A stretch of DNA of 64,000 bases from contig JAWQFM010000016.1 in the NCBI GenBank assembly GCA_033442325.1, positions 1,283,679 through 1,347,678 on the forward strand, given 5' to 3'. Origin of the DNA: Salpingoeca rosetta. Lineage: Eukaryota; Protista; Choanoflagellata. Both the position numbers and the translations under genes were made by a program. The notes below the pieces were generated by a model. It saw only the letters and a list, made by a program, of their open reading frames with translations, was not told the origin of the DNA and ran no database searches. Shown here in pieces: positions 51,058-64,000 of the stretch (position 1 is its first letter; each line of letters begins with the position of its first letter).

Positions 51058-51579
51058 GTACCAGTCGCATGCTGCTGGTTCTGGTCTTCGTGTTTTTGCT
51101 GCCGCGTTGGCGACTCGTCCTGGCGTCTCATTGTTGCGCTCAGAGATGAGCGCATGCGGGCAAACACACCCAGCGCAGACCCTGACACGCAGGCAGGCAC
51201 ACAGCAGTTGGTTGATGGATGATGGTTGATGATGATGATGGTGGCGGTGGTGATGGTGGCAATGATGATGAGTGTGGATTGTTCGGCTGCAGCGTCGTCG
51301 TGAAAAAAAGCCAAGACAACAGCATTCACACAAATACAGACGTGGCTATAACGATGACACAGGAGCATGCGCACCTTGTTGCTGCTGCTGTTGTTGTTGT
51401 TCGAGCTGCCGCAGTGCCTCCGCTGCACAGGGATGGGGGAGTGTTTCGTGTCGGCACGGAATGAGCAGGGAGTCGGCACAATGCACCAGGACATGAAGAG
51501 AGGGTGTGTGTGTGTGTGTGTATGTATGTGTGTGCGTGTGTGCGTGTGTGCGTGGGTGCGTGTGTGCTGTGTGAGTGTG

Positions 51580-51615
<36 letters not shown>

Positions 51616-52539
51616 GTGTGTGTGTGTGTTGTTTGCGGTTTCACCTTGCTCCGCTGCCTTGCGCTGCGCCTCTTTTGCCTTTCGTCGCTCAATGAATCTG
51701 ACAGGAAAACAGAACACGGAGGAGTGTGAGCGATGGGAACAGGTCCACAGAGGGAGATAGAGACAGTCAAGCAGAGATCACACATGGCAGCATGAGGCGC
51801 GCGCGCGTGTGTGTTGGGGGGGGGGGACACGAAAGCACACGGCTGGTGCCACCAAAATACAACCACCACCACCGCCATCATCATCGTGATCTCGTGATTG
51901 TGTCTGTTCACCCCACTTTGCGTAGCTCTGTTCATCGGCATCTGGACCAATGGCCGTCAGTTCATCAACCAGCGCTGCCGGCGCCACGTGGTGGCACGCG
52001 CAATGATAGTGGTGAAGAGGGGGGGGGGGTATTGAAGAGGGTGGTGGTGAAGGGGGTGATGGTGAGAGCGGTGATGAGAGTGGTGATGAGAGTGAGCACG
52101 CAGGGGTGTTTACAGCTCACATTGACACGAGAGCACCCGCACACACAGACACACATACACACACAGGCACATAAACGTACACGCACAGACACACATACAC
52201 AAACATACACTCATGTACAAGTGTGACTTACCCGTGGCGTCTGTCTTGTTTGCCTTGAGCTGCGCCTCGTGCCACAGCCGCTGCACATACAGATACGGCA
52301 GCCCAAAAAACTTGTTCACATAACTCAGCCCAAAGTCTGCCATGCGCGTGCGCGCATGTATGTGTGTGTATGAGACAGAGAGAGAGAGTGTGTGTGTGTG
52401 TTAGAAAGTGTATGTGTGTGTGAGAGAAAGTGTATGTGTGCGTGCGTGCATTGCTCAGTATGGACTCATGCATACGCTCACAGCAAGCACGAACGCTTAC
52501 AGCACACGTCTTTGTGAAGAGCACGACACGTGAGTGCTG

Positions 52540-52578
<39 letters not shown>

Positions 52579-53753
52579 CGCAACTCACCGTTGATGATGG
52601 AGGCTGCTGCGCAGTGGATGGATGCGGCATTCCGTGGTCTGTCATCAATGACGTGATTGTTGATTTGGTTGGTTTGGTCGGCGGTGAGGAGAGGCAGAAG
52701 CCAATACAGACGCAGCGTGCTGCCGCAGCACACACACACACACACGCACAACACACACACACACACACACGGGACAAGGGAGAGGTAGGAGGCGGATAAC
52801 ATAGGAGGGTATGAAGATTGGAACCACCTCAAATTTGAACAGGAAAGAGCGCTAGGGAAAAGGACTTATTACAATAGAATCGTGCGGCGAATGGGGTCTT
52901 TGGCAAGTACCGGACGTGTGCACAATAATGGGAGNNNNNNNNNNNNNNNNNNNNNNNNNNNNNNNNNNNNNNNNNNNNNNNNNNNNNNNNNNNNNNNNNN
53001 NNNNNNNNNNNNNNNNNNNNNNNNNNNNNNNNNNNNNNNNNNNNNNNNNNNNNNNNNNNNNNNNNNNNNNNNNNNNNNNNNNNNNNNNNNNNNNNNNNNN
53101 NNNNNNNGCTCGTCGGCGTCGCCGCGTCTTGGAAGTTGGCCTGCACGCGCGCAGATACAAAGGACGATAACGTGTATGCGGTGAGAGGCAACGTTAACGT
53201 GCAGGTGATTGAGCAACGCTGAGCAGCACACACACACGTGCACACACACACACACACACATACACACACACACTGCACACGTGCACACATGGCGGCATAC
53301 TCACCAGGATGAGAACGGGAATGGAGGGCGGGACGCTGAGGATTTCCCGCTCGACATACTTGAACGTCCAGTTCTTGGCCACATCAAACACGAAGATGAC
53401 ACCATGCACACCTGTACACACACACACATATGCGCACGCACCATGATACAGGGGAAATATATAAACGCAAGCCATGTGGCAAGGAGGCAGCGGGATTTGC
53501 AGTTGTTGCGTACACAGTCTGAGAGCCATGCACACGTACCTTTGTAAATGTCTGCAATGAACGACGCGTCCAGACACGGCGCCACCTAACACCAGAGCAC
53601 GCACACGCAAGAGCATACGGGTGTCAGTGGAGTGGAGGAACGTTGCATGCTGGCAAAGCATGTAATGTCCCACAGACAGACAGACAGACACACACACACA
53701 CAGACAGACAGACACCAACCAGACAGACAGACACACACACACACACACACACA

Positions 53754-53824
<71 letters not shown>

Positions 53825-54891
53825 CAACCTGGCCAGTTGGAAGGGCCACGGACGATGGGATGCCTTGGTCAACGACGTCCCACAACTCAACCTGCATCAC
53901 CGACACAAGCAAGCACCAGCGTTAATTGAGTTGGCGAGAACCCATTCTGTTATGGCAAGCAGAGATTGCGTTGCACGATGCACCAGTCCCATCGCACCTT
54001 GACGATGCCAGGCGAGGACTTGTACTTCCACGAGATGTTCGCCACCTTGAGAAAGAGGAAGAAAGGGCCAACGCAAGCGACGGGCAACAGCTGTAAGACA
54101 AGCAGTACTGAGGGTGCCAGCTTCCCTTGTGGTGCGGACACAGAGAGAGAGAGAGAGAGAGACAGTTACATACACATACACACACACACACACAGTTACA
54201 TACATACACAGTCACGCACACAGTTACATACATACACACACAGTCACACACACACACATACAGGCACGTACGTCGATTTGGGGCGTCTGCTTGTACTCGC
54301 GTGGGGCGGGTTTGTTCTGCAGGCGTGCGAGGAGGGAGCTCTTGCCTGTCTTGCGCTCCCCCCTGATGAGGATTTTCACTGGCCGATCAGCGACGCAACA
54401 CGCACACGACACAACGCAGAAGGCAGGCACGGTGAGCATGCGCGTAGCAGAGCGGCAGCAACGGCACACCCTGATATGCACGCGACCGTCGGCATGTTCG
54501 TGTGCTTTGCGTGCGTGCACTGCCTTTCGCTATTGAAGCGGAGGTTTGTACTTGTTTGCAATTAGATTGGAAGCCCGTACGAACAACACGGTAAGAAGAA
54601 GGGGGGGGGGGCAAGGAAGAGAGGATAGCAAGGAGCAACGGGCAAAGGCCAGGCTGGATGCTCGAATGCTGTGCTGCACAACAGCACCCAATGAACACAA
54701 GAGGACACAGACATCAAACATCAAACACAAACATGGCGAAGAAGAAGGAGGAGGTTGGGGAACAACTCACTGTTGCAGTCAACGCCACGCGCAAACTTGC
54801 GCTGTGTGGCCTGGTTGATCTCACGGGTGCTGCCACTGCCACCACCAGAGGCAGCGCCGGTGGAGGCTGGCTTGCGACCCCAGCGGAACAT
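48431..54891 (-). CDS. RABL6: Rab-like protein 6 (PARF/C9orf86); part in N gap 52935-53107
   Basis: [27 protein letters not shown]; ANISWKYK; [10 protein letters not shown]; [11 protein letters not shown]; [20 protein letters not shown]; [15 protein letters not shown]; acidic, Lys-rich tail ending ASDYTPL*. Confidence 0.9.
49275..50032. repeat. 380-bp tandem duplication inside RABL6 (part of one exon, an intron and a small exon)
   Basis: 49301-49650 is repeated at 49681-50030; the junction lies between (CTG)n and (GAGT/GAGA)n repeats. Confidence 0.9.
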
Positions 54892-55020
54892 TGTCGATGA
54901 TGAACAAGGTAGGGTGTGTTGTTGGTGGTGGTGGTGTGTGTGGTGGAGGAAAATGGAAGGTGCTGTCAGCGACAGCAAAAAGAAGAGACGGGAATATGTA
55001 AAAATTGCACAGAATGATGA

Positions 55021-56377
55021 TCAGGCTGTGGTGGCTTGGGCCTCGTTCTTGGTGGTGTAATCCTTGATGGCCGCATGGATGGCATCCTCAGCAAGCACTG
55101 CAATGGTGGTGGTGGTGGTGGTGATTGGCGCAGAGACACAACACTAGGAGGTGAGGAGGGGTGCACCGCAAAAAGGATGCGTAGATGTGACGCCAGGGAA
55201 ATGATGGTGAAAAAAAGGCACAGCCAAAAACCACGTCCAGAAACCAAAAACAACATTGCATGCTGTAGGTTGGACGACTCACTCGAGCAGTGCAGCTTGA
55301 CGGGGGGTAGCCGCAGCTCCTTAGCGAGGTCTGTGTTCTTGATGGACATGGCCTCATCCAGCTGCACGCACACACAGAGAGAGAGTGCCACCGATGTGGT
55401 GTAGGGGTGACGTGCATGTGGTGTGACTTCGGTGCTGAAATTGCATAATGACACGGACATCTTGCTCATGACACCCAAGGTGCTCCAAATGGCCACCGTA
55501 CACACAGATACAGACACAGACACGCACGCACATATTTAAATCGCACGCTCACACACGCTCACACACACATCAAAACGCACCGTCTTGCCCTTGAGCATGA
55601 CTGTGGCCAGGGAGCTGGAAGCAATGGCGGAGCCGCAGCCAAACGTCTTGAACTTAGCCTCCACAATGCGCCCCTCATCATCCACCTCAATCTGCCGTGG
55701 AGCGGAAACGACAGCGTGCGTGGGGAAGCAGCGTGTGTGCGTGTCAGCAACAAGGGTGATGATGGCGTGCACAGTTTCGCTTCTCGCGCATTCCTATTCT
55801 CTTCTCTCCCAATGGTCAACACGCAGCTCATTCTGCTCACCTGAAGCTTCATGACGTCGCCGCAGGCTGGTGCGCCAACAACGCCGGTACCGACAGTCTT
55901 CTTGGACTTGTCCAGCGATCCCACGTTGCGGGGGTTCTCGTAATGGTCAAGCACCTGTTGTTGCAAGAACAATGGCGAAAGCGAAACATGGTTCAACGCA
56001 TTGTGAGCAAAGACACGGAAAAAGAAAAACAAGCAAGTGCTTGCAGATGCGCAGGTGCACACACACACATCCACATCAAAAAAAACACACGCGTGCATGG
56101 GTACAAGCTTGGAGTTTCGAGTGCTATGTTGAATACACACACGCACGCACGCACGCACACACACACACACAACACGCACGCACACACACGGGCGCACGAG
56201 AGAGCTCGTTCGATAAAACCCAAGCGAGTTGCAATGGCGGCGATGGCTCACATTCTCGTGGTACTTCCTGGCTGTGGAGATGAGGGGGAAAGCAACCCGG
56301 GCCTGCTGCGCACGGGCGACAGTGCCCACGCGAACGCTCGCCGAAACAGCGCTTCGCAATGCCTTGATGGACATCAT
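55021..56377 (-). CDS. ISCU: Mitochondrial iron-sulfur cluster scaffold ISCU, 5 exons
   Basis: Arg/Ser/Ala-rich presequence, then YHENVLDHYENPRNVGS, GAPACGDVMKLQI, KFKTFGCGSAIASSS, LPPVKLHCSMLAEDAI. Confidence 0.96.
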
Positions 56378-56868
56378 ATTTGTTGTGCTTGTTGGGGGGT
56401 TTGCTGGTGTTTCTGTTGCTGTTACTGTGCACGGGGGCTGTGCAGCGTGTTGCTCTGGGCGTGTGCTGTGCGCTGTGGACGTCACACTGACACAGAGATG
56501 AAGAGGTAGGCAGACAGAAGCAAACGCAGGACTCAGTGTGTGTTGTGTGTGTGGCTTCGTCGTCGTCGTGGGCGTAGATGCGCAACGATGGATGGATATG
56601 ATGGCTGGCTGGCTGTTGGTTCGTTCGTGGCAGCAACAACAACCAACAACAACCAACTGCTGCTCTGTTTTGTGTAGCTACCTTTTGTGCTGTGTCTTAC
56701 TGCTACTCATGCAGGAAAGATGCAGCATGCGCATCCTGAGGTTAGGGCCGGTTTTCTTCGGTGGATAACTGCGATTCCTCGCACTAATGCGCCGTTAACC
56801 ACATGGAACACTGCCACGAGGCGTAGATTTCGCTGGGGGAGCGGGAAGAATAAAAAAATAAAAATTGT

Positions 56869-56875
56869 TGGCAAC
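56869..56875 (-). promoter_or_regulatory. Candidate RFX half-site (GTTGCCA on minus strand) in the ISCU/CCT7 divergent promoter
   Basis: TGGCAAC within GTTGGCAAC, ~165 bp upstream of the CCT7 ATG, next to an A-rich tract. Confidence 0.3.
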
Positions 56876-57037
56876 TCGAACTGTCTGTTTTTGGACCTCC
56901 CAACACCACGAGTCGTTCCACCTCACATCTGCTGCTCGCTTTGCTCTCAACAACCAGCCACCGCCAACAAACACCACCACAGACGACCGACCTTCTTCTT
57001 CTTCTTCTTCTTGTTCGACTTCTGAACGACAGACACC

Positions 57038-57983
57038 ATGGCACAGCACGAACGCGGATACAAGGGCCCCCTCATGGTGCGTTTCTGTGTTGTGTACTGT
57101 GTGCATGCTGTGTGTGCTGTGTAGGTTTGTGTGGAAAGAGGGATCCGTGTATCCTGCGTGGCATCGTTATCATCCAACTGACGTTGTTCGTTCACCACAT
57201 GTCGCTCACTGGTGTACAACAACTCCCTCATACGCACACATCGCTCACATCGCTCACATCGCTCACCTTTGCTTCGGTTGATCTGTGCAGCAACCGGGCA
57301 TCATCCTGCTCCGGGAGGGCACCGACACGAGCCAGGGCCGTGGCCAACTCATCAGCAACATCAACGCTTGCGAGGTGAGGCACAACACACAATAGCATAC
57401 CAGCACACGCGCCATGTGATGGCACATGGTTGCCGTCGTTGCCTGCGTCTCGCACCCAGTGATGGTCGTCAACACGAGGTCCTTTCAACAGAACCCTGTC
57501 CCACCATGCCATGCCACGCTCACTGGCCACCACTTTCGTTCCTTCGTTCCCCCCCCCCCAATACACTGCGATCACGCATGCAAGGTCATCGCCGACGCCG
57601 TGCGCACCACCCTCGGGCCCCGTGGCATGGACAAGCTCATCATCAACCACAACGGGTACAAACTACATCCGCGTGGCGTCTTTGCGTCTGTGTATGCGAT
57701 TGAGTGTGTGTGTGTGTGGTTGTGATGTCTAAAGCGGATAGTACGACCTGTTGTTGCCCGATGGCAGGGGCGTGCCAATGACAGCATGATGTGCCTTGTC
57801 TGTTTTTGCGGGATCGCGGCTCACGCCCTGTATTTTTCATGCATCGCTGTGCTGTGCGATGACAGCCTCGCCACCATCTCAAATGATGGTGCCACCATCA
57901 TGAAGCTGCTGGACATTGTTCACCCTGCTGCTCGCACCCTGACCGAGATTGCAAAGTCCCAGGACGCCGAGGTGTGTCATGTG

Positions 57984-58045
<62 letters not shown>

Positions 58046-58476
58046 ATGGGTGGCAAAGTTCGGTGTGAGGGGTGGGGAGTGGAATAGTGCAGAATGGGCG
58101 CAAGCGTGTGGTCAAGGCGATGTGTGCAATGAACGTTTCTCTTCGCGCATCAACCAAGTGCTCGGTGGTGTGTGATCGGGTGCACGAGGCAGACTCATCA
58201 GTCAACACAACGACGACACAACCAATCTTTCACCTTTCGGCCGTCGTGTCGTGTTTTTCCTTGTTCTCGTCCTTCTCACCCTCGTGCTCGTGCTTGTTTA
58301 CCTAGGTTGGCGATGGCACCACCAGCGTTGTGCTGCTGGCATCAGAGTTCCTGAAGCAGGCCAAGCCCTTCATTGAGGACGGCGTGCACGCTCAGGTCAT
58401 CATCCGCAGCTACCGCCAGGCAACTGCACTCGCCCTCAAGTACATCCGCGAGGTGCGTCCGCTCTCTCTCTCTCTC

Positions 58477-58534
<58 letters not shown>

Positions 58535-59008
58535 CGACAGAGGAGTCGCGAACACGCCTCCAGTTTCGTGCTCGCACGCATTCGCTCTCACGTTCTCTCA
58601 CACCACACACACTCTCTCGCGCTCATGTACCACCTGTCTTTGTTGTGATGCGCGCACCACCGTGCATGATACATGTGTGTGTGTGTGTTATTCTGCTTTC
58701 GTTGTTGTGGTGCGTGCGGTGCAGATGGCTGTGACGGTGAACAAGGGTGACAAGGATGAGCTGCGCAGCATGCTCGAGAAGTGCGCCGCCACCTCCCTCA
58801 GCTCAAAGGTGCGCCCAGTGGCGGCACAATTGCCACATGACCAACCCGGCATCGCGTGCAGAATGATGCTCTCTACAGTTGGTTGCATGCATGGTTTGCT
58901 CAACCAACACCCATGTCCTGTTGCTCATCGACACCATCTCCTCCCAACTCGCTATCATGACCTTTGTTGCTGTACTTCTTGTTTTGTATTGTGTACACGT
59001 GTGCGTGC

Positions 59009-59043
<35 letters not shown>

Positions 59044-59188
59044 GTCGTGGGGTGCAGCTGGTTGCGCGGCAGAAGTCGTTTTTCAGCAACCTTGTTGTGG
59101 ACGCCGTGATGCTGCTTGATGACCTCCTCCCGCTCAACATGATTGGCATCAAGAAGGTCCAGGGCGGCGCCCTCGAGGTTAGCACTTG

Positions 59189-59240
<52 letters not shown>

Positions 59241-59624
59241 TTGTGTGCCACTGGCTGTGCAATCATCGGTGAAGATGTTGGAGCACAAGGCCGCTCCGAA
59301 GCCTCTTTCTCCCCGCACAACGCCCCCCTCCTTCCACTCCCACTCACTCACTGAATCACTCCCGCTCTTACCCAAACTCACACATCTTGGTGTGTGTGTG
59401 TGTGTTTCGCTTGCGTGTGTCTATGGCTGTTTCCCTCCTCCATCTTTTTCGGCCCACAGGATTCGCAGCTTGTTGCTGGCGTTGCGTTCAAGAAGACATT
59501 CAGCTACGCTGGCTTTGAGATGCAGCCCAAGCACTACGAGAACCCGAAGATTGCTCTCCTCAACGTCGAACTCGAGCTCAAGCGCGTACGTGCACACCTG
59601 GCCCGCGCCGTTGCCTTGGCTGAT

Positions 59625-59655
<31 letters not shown>

Positions 59656-60939
59656 TTGGGGTATTGTACACGGGTTTTGTCTATCAGCACGCACGTGTCA
59701 TGTCAGGCACTCCCGGTGTCTGGTTTGCTTTGGCGGGGTTTTGTCTGCCACTCCCAGTGTCTGGTTTGCTTTGACCCTCGTGTGTGTTTTATCTTTGTTT
59801 CTCTCTCTCTAATGCAATGCACACACACACACACACACATACTCACACATACTCACGCATAACAAACACTCTGGCGAGAAGANNNNNNNNNNNNNNNNNN
59901 NNNNNNNNNNNNNNNNNNNNNNNNNNNNNNNNNNNNNNNNNNNNNNNNNNNNNNNNNNNNNNNNNNNNNNNNNNNNNNNNNNCAAATCGTCGTTGCTCAC
60001 ACTCAAATGCACACACACACACACACATCATACTCACACATACTCACGCATACAAACACTCTGGCGAGCAGGAGAAGGAGAATGCGGAGGTTCGCATTGA
60101 GAACGTGAAGGAGTACCAGGCTGTTGTGGATGCGGAGTGGGAGATTCTGTACGAGAAGCTTGACAAGATCTACGCCACGGGGGCCAAGGTTGTGCTGAGC
60201 AAGCTGCCCATTGGCGACGTGGCCACCCAGTGGTTTGCTGACCGCGACATCTTCTGCGCCGGCCGCGTCCCAGACGACGACATGCAGCGCACCCGCAAGG
60301 CCTGCGGTGCGTTTGGCCGTTTGCTGCTGGTGGTGGTGGTGGTGACGGTGGTGGTGGTGGTAGTGGTGGTAGTGGTGATGGTAGCCATGGCCATGGTCGT
60401 GTTTGTGGTGGTGGTGAAGTAGAGCCAGTTTGGTGTTGTGTTTCTGGTGATGGTTTGACGGGTGGCATGACCCATCGATGTTTCCAATCTCCTCCACCCC
60501 CCCCCCTTCCAGAACAAGACTAATTGTGGTTCTCTGCATCTCTTCCCCCCTCCCAACCCTCGCTGTCTTGTTTGCTGTGTACAGGCGGGTCCATCCAGAC
60601 GTCTGTGAACAACCTCACGGACGACGTGCTTGGCCGCTGCGAGCACTTTAAGGAGCGCCAGGTTGGCGGCGAGCGCTACAACTTCTTCACAGGCTGCCCC
60701 AAGGCAAAGACCTGCACCATCATCCTTCGTGGTGGCGCTGAGCAGGTGCGCATGTGATACGCGTCATGTGCGTGTGTATGCGCGTCATGTGCGTGTGTGT
60801 GTGTGTGTGTGTCCTGGTGCATGTGTGTCAACGGCTCTGTGATGGTGCCCAAGTCAGCCATCCGCCCCTGTTGCCCATTGACTGCCCTGTGCGCTGCTGC
60901 CTGCGTGTCGTCACGCGTGTTGCCTAACCCCGCCCTGTA

Positions 60940-60989
<50 letters not shown>

Positions 60990-61455
60990 GCTGGCCCCAG
61001 TTTATTGAGGAGACGGAGCGGTCCCTGCACGACGCCATCATGATTGTGCGTCGCGCCATGAAGAACGACACCGTCGTCGCGGGCGGCGGCGCTATCGAGG
61101 TGTGTTGCTGTGTTGCTGTGTTGCTATGCGTTGTGTCGAGGGGCAGCAGATGCAGATGAAGCGTACGTGTGAAGGGTGCGTGTGAATTGGGTGTTGGGAA
61201 CGACGGTTGTTGCGTGTGACTCCGTGTCAACCTCACTCGAGCGTGATCTCACCAATTTGCTTTTGTGTGTGTGTGTGTGTGTGTTTTCTTAGATGGCGCT
61301 GAGCAAGCGTCTGCGCGACCATGCCCGCACCATTCCCGGCAAGCAGCAGCTCCTCATTGCCGCCTTCTCCCAGGCCCTCGAGGTCATCCCACGCCAGGTG
61401 CGGCCCACTTTCCATGCCGTGGTGGCAGGCTGTGCCGTTATGTGCTGTGTTGCTG

Positions 61456-61495
<40 letters not shown>

Positions 61496-62514
61496 TGGAC
61501 TTGTCTTGTGTTGTTTTTGTTTGTAGTTATCTCTGAACGAATGCACCCACTGTCACGGCCAACGCTTGTTCCCACAGCTGTGCGAGAACGCTGGCTTTGA
61601 CGCAACGGACATCCTCAACAAGCTTCGTCGCGAGCACGCCGCAGGTGCGCCACGCTGTTTGCGTGCATGTGTGCGTGCATATGTGTGTGTGTGTTTGTGT
61701 CTGCCGGAAAACGAATGCCGCCCGCATTTGACAACCCGCCCAACCAACAAATGCCTCTAACCCGCGATTCCTCTTCCTCTTCCCCTCCCCCGTCCGTCCC
61801 TCTCACCTCATGTGGCACGTGCTCAGGCCCCTGCTGGTACGGTGTTGATGTGCACAAGGAGGATGCCTCGGACAACTTTGCTGCCGCCGTCTGGGAGCCA
61901 GCCATCGTCAAGGTGAGCACCACCACCGCATTCATTGCGTTGTTGCGTGTCCGTGGTGGGTGTGTGCGGTGTGTGCGTGGTGGGTGTGAAGGCGGTTGTA
62001 AACACACGCGACGCCCAGCGCATGTTGTGCCACCGGTGTTCGGATGTCATGTGCTTTATTGCTCGGCTTTATTGCTCGTTGCCTGTCATGCGCTGCTGTG
62101 CTAACACATGCATGTGTTCGTTTGTGCGTGTGATTGCTTGCGTGCAGATCAACGCTCTCACTGCTGCCTCTGAGGCCGCGTGCATGGTTCTCTCTGTGGA
62201 CGAGACGGTCAAGGCACCGACGTCGGACGTGGTGCGGGTTTTGCGTCTGCGTATGCGTTGTTTGGCTGTGTTTTTGTCTTGTGTTCTCACACGTTTGTCA
62301 CGCCTTCCTCTCGCCCCCCCTCCCTTTTGCTCCCCCACAACCCAACGGCCTTCTTCTGGCGCCCACCGGCACCATTTCTCACCTCACCTCACGTCACCTC
62401 ACACCACGTGCCGTGAATGTGTTTGCTGTGCAGGCCGGAGCCCAGGCGCAGGGCGGCGGCCACCCAGGCATGATGCCTGCCGGCCGCGGCCGCGGTATGC
62501 CCGCTCGCCGATAA
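57038..62514 (+). CDS. CCT7: T-complex protein 1 subunit eta (CCT7), ~16 exons
   Basis: [24 protein letters not shown]; [12 protein letters not shown]; [19 protein letters not shown]; GDGTTSV; [18 protein letters not shown]; [12 protein letters not shown]; [15 protein letters not shown]; C-terminal [10 protein letters not shown]. Confidence 0.97.
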
Positions 62515-63151
62515 GCGCACACACATCGGTATGCCCGCTCGCCGATAAGCGCACACATCCGGGTGCACCACGGGAGGCGGGCGCATGCGGGTGAAGGGAG
62601 CAGCAGTCGCCGCCCTCATCGTTGCACGTGCTTGGATGTTGGTGGTGGTGGTGTGTGTTGTAGGTGTTTTTGTTGCAGGGTGTTTTGGTTGCAGTGTGTG
62701 TTGGGTATGTGTGTGTGTATGTCAGCAGCAGCTCCTTTCTGTGTGTCGGCAAGAGCGCCTCTGTGATGTTAACGACGTTGTGGTGTTGTCTTCGAAGAAA
62801 CATAGGGAAGAAGAAGAGTGTGCTTGTTGTGTAATTTGGTGTCGTATGTGTGTGCGTGTGTTAGCTTTGTTTGTTGTTCCGTAAGTTGGTTGTTTTGCTT
62901 GCGGTTGGTGTCGCATAAGGCTTTTGTGGAACAAGGAGAGTAAAACGCCACTCCACTTTGAAAAGGGCGGTGATGTGTGTGTGTGTGTTCGTCGTATCTC
63001 ACATCACCCAAATTGTTGTGGCAAGGTTCAACACGTCACACACACACACACACACACACACACAACCAAAACAACGCTCCTCACGACTGACTTCAGTGTT
63101 GTTGTAGTTGCTGGCGATTTGCTGTATTTTCACACACATTTCGGCGCCAAT

Positions 63152-63576
63152 ATGGATGTGGTGCGAGCCGTCAAGTCGGCTGTGTTCTACGCCTGCCGCA
63201 AGGTCAAAGGCCTCAAGGGCGTTGTGCTCGACGATGCCATGGTAAGCGCTGAAAAAGGCGGGGGGAGGGGTTGGGAACCACTACGTACTGTGTGCTGCGT
63301 GCTGTGGTTGCAGTATGTGTGGCGTGCGTAGCTTGTGTGCGTGCATGTTTGTGGTGAGTCGTGCAATGGCAATGTCATTGCACACGCTCCAGCACAGTGG
63401 CAACTCCGCAGCCAGTCCTTCCTCTGCCCCTCACGCTGGTGCTCTCTTGCTCAGTTTGATACAGTGTGCATGAGCATGGGGTGGAAGCGGCAGCCCCTGC
63501 AAGAGATGGAGGTGTGTAATCCATCGCAAAGGGGGACTTGCGAGTGGGGAATCGTGTCCAGTTCAAACCTGCAGAG

Positions 63577-63612
<36 letters not shown>

Positions 63613-63803
63613 TGGTGCACTCGGTCTGTGCTCTCACTGCGTTTGCTGCGTGCTGACTAACAACCTTGGTTGTTGATATCGATTGTTGGCGTGATGCTCG
63701 GGTTTGGCAGGTGTTCCAGTTGGATCGAGTCTCCTCACAACGAGAGCTGATGCCAGAGGTCGCGTGCATCATGATCCTTCGACCAACGCAGGTGCGTGCG
63801 TGC

Positions 63804-63854
<51 letters not shown>

Positions 63855-64000
63855 GGTCATGTGTGTGTGTGCGTTTGTCTTTATGTGTGTAGGTGTCGTG
63901 TGCCACGTGTGCCAAGGACAAGGGTGCACACTTGTGTCAGGTGTGGCTGCTTTGTGGGCTGGACTGAATTTTGTGCATTGTCGCTATTGTTAATAGATCC
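63152..64000 (+). CDS. Sec1/Munc18-family protein, VPS45-like (5' part only)
   Basis: MDVVRAVKSAV..KGLKGVVLDDAM / ..QEME/VFQLDRVSSQRELMPEVACIMILRPT resembles the VPS45 N-terminus (MNVV.[28 protein letters not shown].FLRPT). Confidence 0.7.

Noticed and set aside
52775-52934. Compositionally odd, non-repetitive stretch inside RABL6 (possible foreign insertion)
   Set aside because: Immediately precedes an N gap and has no coding or TE signal. Most likely a low-quality read tail.
59815-60070. Repeated acceptor region on both sides of the N gap in CCT7
   Set aside because: Overlapping contig ends with small errors. The CCT7 coding sequence is continuous across the gap.

Overview
Eukaryotic, gene-dense, intron-rich genomic DNA. 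Introns are short (GT-AG, some GC-AG) and full of (CA/TG)n and tri- to octanucleotide microsatellites, and there are five N gaps. Gene content (animal-type FLOT1, RAB11FIP, STKLD1, RIMOC1, LRR-CCP surface protein) and this intron style suggest a choanoflagellate, most likely Salpingoeca rosetta (inference). Manual splicing gives about 18 protein-coding loci in order: 3' end of an unknown gene, NT5DC1-like, NME5, STKLD1-like kinase-ARM, neuferricin/CYB5D2-like, PHYHD1, FLOT1, GAD/CSAD-family decarboxylase, FPGS, RIMOC1 (C5orf51)-like, LRR-CCP surface protein, an intronless LRR-like ORF, RAB11FIP3/4-like, a small unknown ORF, RABL6, ISCU, CCT7 and the 5' end of a VPS45-like gene. Most are arranged head-to-head. 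Almost all ORFs in the supplied track are microsatellite artefacts. Main points of interest: four genes whose human orthologs lie on 9q34 (plus FLOT1 at 6p21 and VPS45 at 1q21), a possible pre-animal linkage relic; an apparently catalytically intact ortholog of the human pseudokinase STKLD1; RFX-like motifs in bidirectional promoters; and GT-rich 5' / CA-rich 3' intron polarity. Several genes lack exons exactly at microsatellites, probably through assembly collapse. All homology calls come from remembered family motifs, not database searches, and exon boundaries were read by eye.
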